Source of the DNA: Balanoglossus misakiensis
Lineage: Eukaryota; Animalia; Hemichordata
Length of the DNA stretch: 64,000 bases
Direction of reading: 5' to 3'
Assembly (NCBI GenBank): GCA_040954595.2
Contig: CM082589.2
Coordinates: forward strand, 10,180,894 to 10,244,893
Shown: piece by piece, positions 37,475 through 50,643 of the stretch
How positions within the stretch are numbered: the first letter of the stretch is position 1
Layout: each line of letters opens with the position of its first letter
Made by a program: the position numbers and the translations under genes
The notes under the pieces: generated by a model
Database searches by the model: none
What the model was told of the DNA's origin: nothing
The model's input: only the letters and a program-made list of their open reading frames with translations

Positions 37475-38002
37475 TGCTTTCTGTTGGAACCTTGGTCCCT
37501 CCAATGCTACTTTTAGTTGTAATTGTCTTCTTCATGGCGGCCATATTGGATTTTCTAATAAGCTTTAAAGGTTGACATTTTCATAAACTACAGGGCCAAT
37601 CAAGTTCTAATTTACTGTGCGGTTGAAAGTTTGATAAAATATCATTAGTGGTCATGTGACTTTTGGTGCCTTATTGGATTTTTTAAAAATCTCATTCAAA
37701 AATTACGAAAATCTTTTTCTAATCAAGTTTTCAAGTGAATTGTGATTGGTTTAACCTTATCAGAGCCAAATTGGATTTTCTGAACTCCGATTAAAAGCTA
37801 AAATTCCTTTTTTTTATCCTACTCATTGAAAGCACACAAATTCTTTCTGTGGATACGAGTCACCATATGACTAGAATATGTTACATTTTTTGACAACTTT
37901 CATATGTTCTTTGATCCAGTTTTTTTTCAGTATTTGATTAAACAATTTGTTGGCGACTCTCGCATGTCCTTTGATCCAGTAATTCCATAACTTAATTTTA
38001 TG

Positions 38003-40425
38003 TGGATATGGCTCTTGATAAAAAGCTCAACAGTCATGATTTTGTTCAAAGAGTACTACTGCTGCCAGGACATAACCCAAATATTTTGATAATTTTGGCA
38101 ATGACCCTTGATCTACTTGGATATGTCTCTTGTTAAAAAGCACAACAGTCATGATTTTGTTCTCATGAGTTTTATTGCTGCCAGGACATAACCCAAATAT
38201 TTTGATAATCTTGGTAATGACCCTTGATCCCTTGGATATGTCTCTTGTTAAAAAGCACAACAGTCATGATTTTGTTCACATGAGTTTTATTGTTGCCAGG
38301 ACATAACCCAAATATTTTGATAATTTTGGCCATGACCCTTGATCTACTTGGATATGTCTCTTGTTAAAAAGCACAACAGTCATGATTTTGTTCACATGAG
38401 TTTTGTCGCTGCCAGGACATAACCCAAATATTTTGATAACTTTGGCAATGACCCTTGATCTACTTGGATATGTCTCTTGTTAAAAAGCACAACAGTCATG
38501 GTTTTGTTCACATGAGTTTTATTGCTGCCAGGACATAACCCAAATATTTTGATAATCTTGGCAATGACCCTTGATCTACTTGGATATGTCTCTTGTTAAA
38601 AAGCACAACAGTCATGATTTTGTTCACATGAGTTTTATTGCTGCCAGGACATTACCAAAATATTTTGATAATTTTGGCAATGACCCTTGATCTACTTGGA
38701 TATGTCTCTTGTTAAAAGGCACAACAGTCATGATTTTGTTCACATGAATTTTATTGCTGCCAGGACATAATCCAAATATTTTGATAATCTTGGTAATGAC
38801 CCTTGATCTACTTGGATATGTCTCTTGTTAAAAAGCACAACAGTCATGATTTTGTTCACATGAGTACTATTGCTGCCTGGACATAACCCAAATATTTTGA
38901 TAATTTTGGCAATGACCCTTGATCTACTTGGATATGTCTCTTGTTAAAAGCACAACAGTCATGATTTTGTTCACATGAGTTTTATTGCTGCCAGGACATA
39001 ACCCAAATATTTTGATAATCATGGCAATGACCCTTGATCTACTTGGATATGTCTCTTGTTAAAAAGCACAACAGTCATGATTTTGTTCACATGAGTTTTA
39101 TTGCTGCCAGGACATAACCCAAATATTTTGATAATTTTGGCAATGACCCTTGATCTACTTGGATATGTCTCTTGTTAAAAGGCACAACAGTCATGATTTT
39201 GTTCACATGAGTTTTATTGCTGCCAGGACATAACCCAAATATTTTGATAATCTTGGTAATGACCCTTGATCTACTTGGATATGTCTCTTGTTAAAAAGCA
39301 CAACAGTCATGATTTTGTTCACATGAGTACTATTGCTGCCTGGACATAACCCAAATATTTTGATAATTTTGGCAATGACCCTTGATCTACTTGGATATGT
39401 CTCTTGTTAAAAAGCACAACAGTCATGATTTTGTTCACATGAGTACTATTGCTGCCTGGACATAACCCAAATATTTTGATAATTTTGGCAATGACCCTTG
39501 ATCTACTTGGATATGCCTCTTGTTAAAAAGCACAACAGTCATGATTTTGTTCACATGAGTACTATTGCTGCCTGGACATAACCCAAATATTTTGATAATT
39601 TTGGCAATGACCCTTGATCTACTTGGATATGTCTCTTGTTAAAAAGCACAACAGTCATGATTTTGTTCACATGAGTACTATTGGTGCCTGGACATAACCC
39701 AAATATTTTGATAATTTTGGCAATGACCCTTGATCTACTTGGATATGTCTCTTGTTAAAAAGCACAACAGTCATGATTTTGTTCACATGAGTTTTATTGC
39801 TGCCAGGACATAACCCAAATATTTTGATAATTTTGGCAATGACCCTTGATCTACTTGGATATGTCTCTTGTTAAAAAGCACAACAGTCATGATTTTGTTC
39901 ACATGAGTTTTATTGCTGCCAGGACATAACCCATATATTTTGATCATTTTGGCAATGACCCTTGATCTACTTGGATATGTCTCTTGTTAAAAAGCACAAT
40001 AGTCATGATTTTGTTCACATGAGTTTTATTGCTGCCAGGACATAACCCAAATATTTGGATAATTTTGGCAATGACCCTTGATCTACTTGGATATGTCTCT
40101 TGTTAAAAAGCACAACAGTCATGATTTTGTTCATATGAATTTTATTGCTGCCAGGACATAACCCAAATATTTTGATTATTTCGGCCATGACCCTTGATCT
40201 ACTTGGATATGTCTCTTGTTAAAAAGCACAACAGTCATGATTTTGTTCACATGAGTTTTATTGTTGCCAGGACATAACCCAAATATTTTGATAATTTTGG
40301 CCATGACCCTTGATCTACTTGGATATGTCTCTTGTTAAAAAGCACAACAGTCATGATTTTGTACACATGAGTACTATTGCTGCCAGGACATAACCCAAAT
40401 ATTTTGATAATTTTGGCCATGATCT
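38003..40425. repeat. 116-bp tandem array (~21 copies)
   Basis: Same unit. Confidence 0.95.
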
Positions 40426-42112
40426 TCTTTCCCATAACTTGCCATGCACAGCAGATACGGCTTTCAAATTTAGAGGACTGGAACACCTAATGAAGTATTA
40501 ATTTTTAACACAATCATTATGTACTTATCCTATTTAAAGTTAACCAATTGAGCTTAGAAGTTTGGTTCTTGTTGGACACTTATCAGTTTGATGTCAAAAT
40601 TTGTTGGCACAAATTTGCCTGACCTCTGGCTTACTTACCATTTCTCAGCATCCATAACAGATACAGCCTTTGCTTTCTGTTGGAACCATGCTAACCACTT
40701 TGGTCACTCCAATGCTGCTTATAGTTGGGTCTTCTTCATGGCGGCCATATTGGATTTTCTGATAATCTCTAAAAGTGGACATTTTTTTCTAAACTGCAGG
40801 GCCAATCAAGTTCTAATTTACTGGCCGTTCCATTTTTTTTTCAATTATATTAATAGTGGTCATGTGAATTTGGATTCATTATGGATTTTTTCAAAAACTC
40901 ATGAAAAATTTCCAAAATCTTTTTTAATCAAGCTTTCAAGTGAATTGTGATTGGTTAAACCTTATTGAAGTCAAATTGGATTGTCTGAACTCCGATTAAA
41001 AACTAAAATTTCCTATTTCAAGGCTACTGAATGATAGCACACCAATCCTTTTTATGGATACGAGTCACCATAAGTCCAGAATATGTTAAACAATTTTTAT
41101 CAACTTTCACATGTCCTTTCATCCATTTTTTCAACACTTAATTATACTATTTTTTTGCAACTTTCATTCGTCTTTTGATCCAGATCTTTCAGAACTTAAT
41201 TCTACGTTGATATGCCTCTTGTTAAAAAGCACAACAGTCGTGATTTTGTTCACATGAGTACTACTGCTGCCAGGACATAACCCAAATATTTTGATAATTT
41301 TGGCAGTAACTTTTGATCTACATTCCCATAACTTGGCATGTACAGCAGATACAGCTTTTAAATTTAGAGGCTTGGAACACCTAATGAAGTACATGTATTA
41401 ACTTTAACACAATAATTATGTATATAAGCTATTTAAAGTTAACTAATAAAGCGTAGAAGTCTGCTTTTTGTTGGACATTGATCAGTTTGGTATCAAATTT
41501 TGTTGGCACATTTTGCATCACCTCTGGCATACTTTACCATTTCTAGGCATCCACAACAGATACAGCCTTTGCTTTCTGTTGGAACCATGCTAACTGCTTT
41601 GGCCACTCCAATGCTGCTTGTAGCTCTAATTGTCTTCTTCATGGTGGCCATATTGGATTTTCTAATAACCTTTAAAAGTTGACATTTTCATAAACTACAG
41701 GGCAAATCAAATTCTAGTTTACTGTAGGGTTGAAAGTTTGACAAAAATATCATTAGTGGTCATGTGACTTTGGGTGCCTAATTGGATTGTTTAAAAATCT
41801 CATTAAAAAATTACAGAACATCTTTTTCTAATCAAGTTTTCAAGTGAATTGTGATTGGTGTCACCTTATTGGAGCCAAATTGGATTTTTCTGAACACTGA
41901 TTAAAAACTAAGATTTCCTATTTCTAGCCTACTCATTGAAAGCACACAAATTAATTTTATGGATACGAGTCGCCATATGACTAGAATACGTTACATTTTT
42001 TGGCAACTTTCACATGTCCTTTGATCCAGTTTTTTCAAAACTTGATTAAACAATTTGTTGGCAACTCTCGCATGTCCTTTGACCCAGTAATTCCATAACT
42101 TAATTTTATGTG

Positions 42113-42450
42113 GATATGGCTCTTGATAAAAAGCTCAACAGTCATGATTTTGTTCATAGAGTACTACTGCTGCCAGGACATAACCCAAATATTTTGATAA
42201 TTTTGGCAATGACCATTGATCTACTTGGATATGTCTCTTGTTAAAAAGCACAACAGTCATGATTTTGTTCACATGAGTTTTATTGCTGCCAGGACATAAC
42301 CCAAATATTTTGATAATTTTGGCCATGACCCTTGATCTACTTGGATATGTCTCTTGTTAAAAAGCACAACAGTCATGATTTTGTACACATGAGTACTATT
42401 GCTGCCTGGACATAACCCAAATATTTTGATAATTTTGGCCATGATCTACT
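42113..42450. repeat. 116-bp tandem array (~3 copies)
   Basis: Same unit; paralogue of 35615-36185. Confidence 0.9.
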
Positions 42451-43284
42451 TAAATCCTATTTAAAGTTAACCAATTGAGCTTAGAAGTTTGGTTCTTGTT
42501 GGACACTTATCAGTTTGATATCAAAATTTGTTGGCACAAATTTCCGTGACCTCTGGCTTACCTACCATTCTAAGAATCCATAACAGATACAGAGTTTGCT
42601 TTCTGTTGGAACCATGCTAACTGCTTTGGCCCCTGTGATGCTGCATGTTCTTTTAATTGTCTTCTTCATGGTGGCCATATTGGATTTTCTGATAACCTTT
42701 AAAAGTTGACATTTTTTTTCAAAAATTACAAGGCCAATCAAGTTCTAATTTACTGTACGTTCCAATTTTTTAAAATAATATTGTTAGTGTTCATGTGAAT
42801 TTGGATTTATTATGGATTTTTGAAAAATCCCATGAAAAATTTCCAAAATCTTTTTTTAATCACGCTTTCGCGTAAAATGTGATTGGTTAAACCTTATTGA
42901 AGCCTAATTGGATTTTCTGAACTCCGATTAAAAACTAAAATTTCCTATTTGTAGGCTACTGAATGATAGCACACCAAGCCTTTTTATGGATAGAGTCAAC
43001 ATAAGACCAGAATGTTAAAATTTTTTGTCAACTTTCACATGTCCATTGATCCTTTTTTTAACACTTAATTATACAATTTTTTGCAACTTTCATTTTCCCT
43101 TTGATCAAGATCTTTCAGAACTTAATTGTACATTGATATGTCTCTTGTTAAAAAGCACAACAGTCATGATTTTGTTCACATGAGTACTACTCTGGCAGGA
43201 CATAACCCAAATATTTTGATAATTTTGGCAATGACCCTTGATCTACATTTCCAAAACTTGGCATGCACAGCAGATACAGCTTTT

Positions 43285-45088
43285 ATTAGCTCTGCTGTCA
43301 CTTGTGTCAGCCGAGCTGTAGCAGTAGGTTGATAAATGTCTGTCCGTCGTCTGTCGTCCGTCATCCGTCGTCCGTCAACTTTTGGTATTTCAATCTTCTT
43401 CTATAAAACTACTTGGCATATTTAGCTGAAATTTGGTTAGAATGTGTGTTATGGTGCCCTTACCTGATTTTGTTAATTTGGATTTGATCGGGTCATGAAT
43501 ATGCAAATTAGATCTAAAAATAAAATTTTTGGTAAAAAAATCTTCTTCTCCCTAACTACATGTACGATGGAGCTGAAATTTGGTAGGAATGTGTGTTATG
43601 GTGTCCCTACCTGATTTTTAGCTCTGCTGTCACTTGTGTCAGCCGAGCTGTAGCAGTAGGTTGATAAGTGTCCGTCCGTCGTCCGTCGTCTGTCGTCAGT
43701 CGTCTGTCGTCCGTCAACTTTTTGTATTTCAATCTTCTTCTTTAAAACAACTGGGCATATTTAGCTGAAATTTGGTTGGAATGTGTGTTATGGTGCCTTT
43801 AACTGATTTTGTTAATTTGGATTTGATGGGGTCATGAATATGCAAATTAGATCTAAAAATAGAACTTTTGGTAAAAATCTTCTTCTCCACAACTACATGT
43901 GCAATGGACCTGAAATTTGGCAGGAATGTGTGTTATGGTGCCCCTACCTGATTTTGTAAATTTGGATTTGATGGGGTCATAAATATGCAAATTAGATCTA
44001 AAAATAGAATTTTGGTAAAAAATCTTCTTCTCCATAACTACATATACAATGGAGCTGAAATTTGGTAGGAATGTGTGTTATGGTGCCCCTACCTGATTTT
44101 GTAAATTTGGATTTGATGGGGTCATAAATATGCAAATTAGATCTAAAAATATAATTTTTGGTCAAAAATTTTCTTCTCCCTAACTACATGTACGATGGAG
44201 CTGAAATATGGTAGGAATGTGTGTTATGATGCCCGTACTTGATTTTATAAATTTGGATATGATCGGGTCATGAATATGTAAATTAGATCTAAAAATATAA
44301 TTTTTGGTAAAAAATCTTCTTCTCCCTAACTATTTGTACGATGGAGCTGAAATTTAGTAGGAATGTGTGTTATAGTGTCCCTACCTGATTTTGTTAATTT
44401 GGATTTGATTGGGTCATAAATATGCAAATTAGATCTAAAAATAGAATTTTTGGTCAAAAATCTTCTTCTCCCTAACTACATGTACGATGGCGCTGAAATT
44501 TAGTAGGAATGTGTGTTATGGTGCCCCTACCTGATTTTGCTAATTTGGATATGATGGGGTCATAAATATGCAAATTAGATCTAAAAATAGAATTGTTGGT
44601 CAAAAATCTTCTTCTCCCTAACTACATGTACGATGGCGCTGAAATTTAGTAGGAATGTGTGTTATGGTGCCCCTACCTGATTTTGCTAATTTGGATATGA
44701 TGGGGTCATAAATATGCAAATTAGATCTAAAAATATAATTTTTGGTAAAAAAATCTTCTCCCTAAATACATGTACGATGGAGTTGAAATTTGGTAGAATG
44801 TGTGTTATGGTGCCCCTACCTGATTTTGTTTTATTGGAATTTTGATGGGGTCATGAATATGCAAATTAGAACATTGGTACTTCCTTTTGATGTTGTTCTT
44901 TAGAATTCAATTCTTTCTTTCTTTAGTGCAATGAATCAAGCTGAATTTGGATAAATACTTGTGATGTCTATGTTTGGTTTTGTTCAATAGAATACAATTG
45001 TTATGAATTAAAACCTAGGGTATTCATATCATCGCCCAGGTTACACTGTTAAGGTCAGCAGAGCTCATTTGACCAATAGGTCACTTGT
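43285..45088 (+). mobile_element. Complete Helentron-associated non-autonomous element (HINE) with two heads and a 145-146-bp tandem core
   Basis: 5' subTIR agctctgctg (~43288 and ~43620), microsatellite, ~8 core units in 43760-44870, 3' subTIR cagcagagct plus hairpin tgaccaataggtca-cttgt. It splits the host motif cagatacagctttt|aaatttagaggactgg with no TSD. Confidence 0.88.
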
Positions 45089-45334
45089 AAATTTAGAGGA
45101 CTGGAACACCTAATGAAGTGCATGTGTTAACTTTAACACACTAATTATGTATATGAGCTATTTAAAGTTAACCAATAAAGCGTAGAAGTCTGCTTTTTGT
45201 TGGACACTGATCAGTTTGGTATCAAATTTTGTTGGCACATTTTGCCTCACCTCTGGCGTACTTTACCATTTCTGGGCATCCACAACAGACACAGCCTCTG
45301 CTTTCTGTTGGAACCATGCTTAACACCTTGGTCC

Positions 45335-46031
45335 TAGACTAGCCCACTAGTCGCTTGGTGATTTTTAAATCTCAATACTTTTTGTGTTTTCGGTGGTTTT
45401 TTGTCGTAATAAATAATCTCAATACTTTTTGCATGCATGCTTGCCTTAAGCGTGTTTTTGGTAGTGAGGCGAGTTTCGAATTTGCGACTGAGCTTGTGGT
45501 TACGGGTAGCATCGACCAAGCGACTAGTACACCTTGCAAAATCTACAAACGCTCAGGCCGTTTGTTGACATAGTCGAGAATGATTGACAGGGGCGTCGAT
45601 CCCGTGCGCCAATGAGAATAAAGAGATGTGATATAACGTGAACGCGTAGAACCCACGTTCGTAAGTCAAGTACGGCGCGACCTGTGATGTCAACGTCTGT
45701 TTGTGTGGCACGCGCACTCTGTAATTTGAGCGTATACATCGTACAGTGTCGCTGCACTGCAACTGGTTTCAGCCATCAGACCATAAAAATTGATGAACGA
45801 ATTTCACATAAAATGAGTAAACCCGTTTGCGTTTTCGCTATGAGATACCCAAATATGATTTTCGGGTACTCGAGGTAATGCATTGAAACTCCGCCCACTA
45901 TTTAAATTAGCTAATGAATATTCATAAATGACGTCAACATGAATAATTCATAGCAACCGGAAAGCAGCAAAGTATACAAGTCTATGGGCCGACACGTTCC
46001 CTACACAGCCCATAGACTTGGAGCAAGTCTA
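45335..46031. mobile_element. AcademH-like non-autonomous element (TAGACT...AGTCTA, 9-bp TSD)
   Basis: CCTTGGTCC at 45326-45334 and 46032-46040; short TIR; separate subterminal inverted repeats actagtcgcttggt/accaagcgactagt and caagtctatgggc/gcccatagacttg. Confidence 0.8.
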
Positions 46032-48579
46032 CCTTGGTCCCTCCAATGCTACTTTTAGTTGTAATTGTCTTCTTCATGGCGGCCATATTGGATTTTCTAA
46101 TAAGCTTTAAAGGTTGACATTTTCATAAACTACAGGGCCAATCAAGTTCTAATTTACTGTGCGGTTGAAAGTTTGATAAAATATCATTAGTGGTCATGTG
46201 ACTTTTGGTGCCTTATTGGATTTTTTAAAAATCTCATTCAAAAATTACGAAAATCTTTTTCTAATCAAGTTTTCAAGTGAATTGTGATTGGTTTAACCTT
46301 ATCAGAGCCAAATTGGATTTTCTGAACTCCGATTAAAAGCTAAAATTCCTTTTTTTATCCTACTCATTGAAAGCACACAAATTCTTTCTGTGGATACGAG
46401 TCACCATATGACTAGAATATGTTACATTTTTTGACAACTTTCATATGTTCTTTGATCCAGTTTTTTTTCAGTATTTGATTAAACAATTTGTTGGTGACTC
46501 TCGCATGTCCTTTGATCCAGTAATTCCATAACTTAATTTTATGTGGATATGGCTCTTGATAAAAAGCTCAACAGTCATGATTTTGTTCAAAGAGTACTAC
46601 TGCTGCCAGGACATAACCCAAATATTTTGATAATTTTGGCAATGACCTTTGATGTACTTTCCCATAACCTGGCCTGCACAACAGATACAGCCTTCAGATT
46701 TTTAGGCCTTAAACACCTAATAAAGTATTAAACTTTAACACAAAAGTTGTGTACATAAGCTTTTTCTAGTTAACCAATTGAGAATAAAAGTCTGTTTTTT
46801 TGTTGAACACTGATCAGTTTGATGTCAAAATTTGTTGCCACAAATTTCCGTGACCTCTGGCTTACCTACCATTTCTAAGCATCCACAACAGATACAGAGT
46901 TTGCTTTCTGTTGGAACCATGCTAACTGCTTTGGTCCCTGTAATGCTGCATGTTCCTTTAATTGTCTTCTTCAGGGTGGCCATATTGGATTTTCTGATAA
47001 CCTTTAAAAGATGACAGTTCTTTTCCAAAACTACAGGGACAATCAAGTTCGAATATACTGTGCAGTTCAAAGTTTGACTGTAATATTGCTAGTAGTCATG
47101 TGACTTAGAATTCCTTATTAGATTTTTGAAAAATATCATTAAAACACTTTTTCTAATCAAGTTTTCAAGTGAATTGTGATTGGTTAAACCTTATTGGAGC
47201 CAAATTGGATTTTCTGAACAACGATTTAAAACTAAGATTTCCTATTTATGGCCTACTCATTGATAGCACAAACATTATTTATATGTATATGACTCACTAT
47301 ATGACCAGAATATGTTACCATTTTTGGCATATTGCACATGTCCTTTAATCCAGTTTTTCCAACACTTAATAATACAAATTTTTAGGCAACTTTCATTTGT
47401 CTTTTGATCCAGATCTTTCAGAACTTAATTAAAGTTTATTGAAGCCAAATTGGATTTTATGAATTCTGATTAAAAACTTTGATTGCACACCAATTCTTTT
47501 TATAGATACGAGTCACCATATGACCAGAATACGTTGCATTTTTTGGCAACTTTCGCATGTACTTTGATCCATTTTTTTTTCAGAACTTAATTATTCGTGG
47601 ATATGCCTCTTGTTGAAAAGCAAAACAGTGATGATTTATTTTTCACACGAATAGTACTGCTGCCAGGACATAACCCAATTTTTTTGATAATATTGGCATT
47701 GAACTTTGTCCTAAGTTTGGCACCTGTATTCTTTTCTGAATATCTTATGGCGACTAGACTAATAGCACTAGAGGTTTGGTTTTTGATGTATATGGACAAG
47801 TATGGGACTTAGCTTTTTTTGTTACATTTGGAATCCACTGGACCAATGTTGAGCTTATTAAATATGTGAATATCTAATGCTGAGCTTACCCATATTGTTA
47901 CAGGTTGAATTTTTTATGAACATGCTCTACTATTGGACTTAATTTTTTTGCTGAATTTCTTGACCAATGATAACCTTATAAATATGTGCTTACGTAATTG
48001 TAGACTAGATAATGAAGCTTTGAGTCTGGGTTTTCTTGAACATTCACCAGTATGCGATCACATTTTTTTCTGACATTTTTGTTAGCTTTGGTTACCTTAA
48101 ACCTATTTTCCCTGCCTTGGCATGCACAGCAGATAACGCCTTCAAATTTTGAGGGCTGGAACACCTAATTACCAGGTTAACCAATAGAGCCAGAAGTCTT
48201 GTTTTTCATTTTACACTGATAATTTTGGAAGAAACATTTGTTGACAATTTTGGGTGAGCTCTTGGTGACCTTTGATCTGCTTTCCTATATACATAGCAGA
48301 TACAGCATTGGCACTCTCTGGTATCCATAGGAACTGCTTTGACCTAGCCAATGTTTGTTGCACTTTATTTTTTTTTCATTAATTGACGATATGTACCCCT
48401 TGACCCGCAGTATGTTGGGTTGGGCTGGCTTGCCAAATTAATCCTATTATTATCATTGATTTCATGCATTTAATTCTTTCATTCTTTTTTTTTGTAGGTC
48501 CCACCGGTACTCTTCTCCTTCTCTCTCTCTTTCTTTCTTTCTTTCTTTTTTTCTCTTCTTTTCTCTTTTTTTTCTTTTT

Positions 48580-49117
48580 TTCCCTGTAGGCCCCAATGGT
48601 AACACCATAATCAACCTACTAACGTAAAATTTGATGGATGGATGGAGCGGAGTGTCAACCATAGTCAACCTACTAATATAAACTTTGATGGATGGATGGA
48701 GGGGAGCGTCAACCATAGTCAACCTACTAATATAAACTTTGATGGATGAATGGAGCGGAGCGTCAACCATAGTCAACCTACTAATATAAACTTTGATGGA
48801 TGGATGGAGCGGAGCGTCAACCATAGTCAACTTACTAAAATATAAACTTTGATGGATGGATGGTGCCGCGGAGCGTCAACTTAAAGGATGGAGAAGTGGA
48901 AGGATGGAGAAGTGGAGTTTTTTCTCTGTTTTTTCCTCTTTTTCTTTCCTGTAGGGCACACTGGTAACACCATAATCAACCAACTAACGTAAAATTTGAT
49001 GGGAGGATGGAGCGGAGAGTCAACCATAGTCAACCTACTAATATAAACTTTGATGGATGGATGGATGGAGCGTCAACCTAAAGGATGGAGAAGTGGAAGA
49101 ATGGAGAAGTGGAGTTT
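48580..49117. repeat. 54-bp minisatellite inside a ~365-bp duplicated block (~5 and ~2 copies)
   Basis: Unit ggagcgtcaaccatagtcaacctactaatataaactttgatggatggatggagc; each block starts cctgtagg..tggtaacaccataatc and ends (aaggatggagaagtgg)x2. Confidence 0.9.
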
Positions 49118-49229
49118 CAACATAATATCCTATTGACCAAAATTATAAGATAGAGTAATATAGACGTACAAAACGAGGTGATCGTAATATAAAACTTAAT
49201 AGTCCAATAAATCGGGTTAATAATTGGTA

Positions 49230-49720
49230 GTGATTACTTGTTTTAAAATTAGGTTAACAGCAATGGCTTTGTGCAGGGTATGATAATAGGTTCCGAAATG
49301 TGTATGGTATAATAACGGTGAACAAATTTGAATTTGGTTTAATAAAAGGGTTACAAATGTGATGATGGTTTTATGGTAAAATTTGAGTGTACACAGGTTA
49401 TAAAGGGGTAACAACGGTTGCTTGTATGAAGGGAATAATATTAGGGTAACAAATGTGGTATAAAGGTATAACGGGTTTATAATATGATGATGGCTTGTGT
49501 ACACAGGTTATAATGGGTATATGAATGAGAAGGGTATAATAATAGTAATAACTGTGTCGGGTTTAATAAGGGTAACAATTGTGCAAGGGTATAATAACGA
49601 TTAATAATTGTGGTGATGGCTTATGGTGATATTAAGTATAAAAAGGGTGTTAATATTGATGATGATGACAGAGGTATAATAATGATAAAATGTTAAATAA
49701 GTGTCCAAGGTCTAATAATC
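49230..49720. repeat. Degenerate C-poor low-complexity repeat
   Basis: Recurrent gggtataata / acaaatgtg / gatgatgg motifs with strong strand skew. Confidence 0.5.
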
Positions 49721-50106
49721 ATGTTGGTTCATTCATTGGTTAATGTGTATATTTTATGAATAACATGCTATTATTTCTCAGATAGATAATACTCGTCAGC
49801 ATCGTTATTCGGTGGAATTTCTCGCAACGGTACCCGTGATTGTATTCGCGCATCGACACATTGTACGCGACAGACAGGCAGAAAATGTTAGCACAATGTT
49901 AGGTTAGCTTAACCTCCCCACCCCATCCAAATTCCAAATTTAGCTTAGATCATGGGGTGAGAGGAGGAGAGGACAGTTTTTTTTCCCTCTTTTGTAATTG
50001 GTATGAGGTTTTTTAACTGCCCTTTAGGCGCGTAAATTAGATGTGTGTTATCATACATGTAGTTATCTTGCTTTATTTTAAAACAATTGTGAATGAGCTC
50101 TGCGAG

Positions 50107-50190
50107 ATTATGTACACGATAGTGTGTTATATAACGCTAAGGTAAAAGTAAACTTAACCCACTAACCCATCACACTATTGTGTGCATAAT
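50107..50190. repeat. Short inverted repeat (foldback remnant)
   Basis: attatgtacacgatagtgtg ... cacactattgtgtgcataat. Confidence 0.5.
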
Positions 50191-50559
50191 TAGCAGATGC
50201 TATTTTGACTGGCCCATTGTTCAACCAAATGACACCTTGTTTCAAAAAGAGCTGAAACTATATTGGTTAATTTCTTTCAGTTTAACCACATGACACATTG
50301 TTTCAAATTGGCCTGCAAGATATGCTACTTGAACTCCCCCCCCCCCACCCCCACCCCCCCCCCCCAAAACAATAAATTAGGGATTAATCACTCGCTATAT
50401 TATGAACATTCACATGAAAATTATGCAACCAATTTAAAGGTATTCTGGAGGCGTCTTCTGATGTCAGGTGGTTCAAATCCACCGATACCTAAGCTGGAAA
50501 CATAACTTTTCATTGGTGTTCATATATGGCGAATAAAACATGCATATTCGTATTATCAT

Positions 50560-50643
50560 ATTTCAGATATGAACGAATTGAAATAGATTCTTTTCGATAT
50601 GATTTCAGAAATGAACGAATTCAAATAGATTCTTTTCGATATG
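50560..50643. repeat. ~42-bp tandem duplication just before the satellite
   Basis: atttcaga(t/a)atgaacgaatt(g/c)aaatagattcttttcgatatg x2. Confidence 0.8.

Larger units (their letters stand above)
31322..48370. repeat. ~0.9-kb macrosatellite array (about 10-11 diverged units) with a ~6.5-kb higher-order duplication
   Basis: Marker (g/c)acctctggc..catcca(c/t)aacagat..ctttctgttggaaccatgct at ~31323, 34126, 35022, 36379, 40620, 41518, 42547, 45247, 46851, degenerate ~48300; duplicated ORF-track peptides offset by 6494-6495. Confidence 0.9.

Noticed and set aside
31845-40425. Regular repeats as a CRISPR-like array
   Set aside because: Monomers are contiguous and repeat over their whole length, with no unique spacers or cas genes; the context is eukaryotic.
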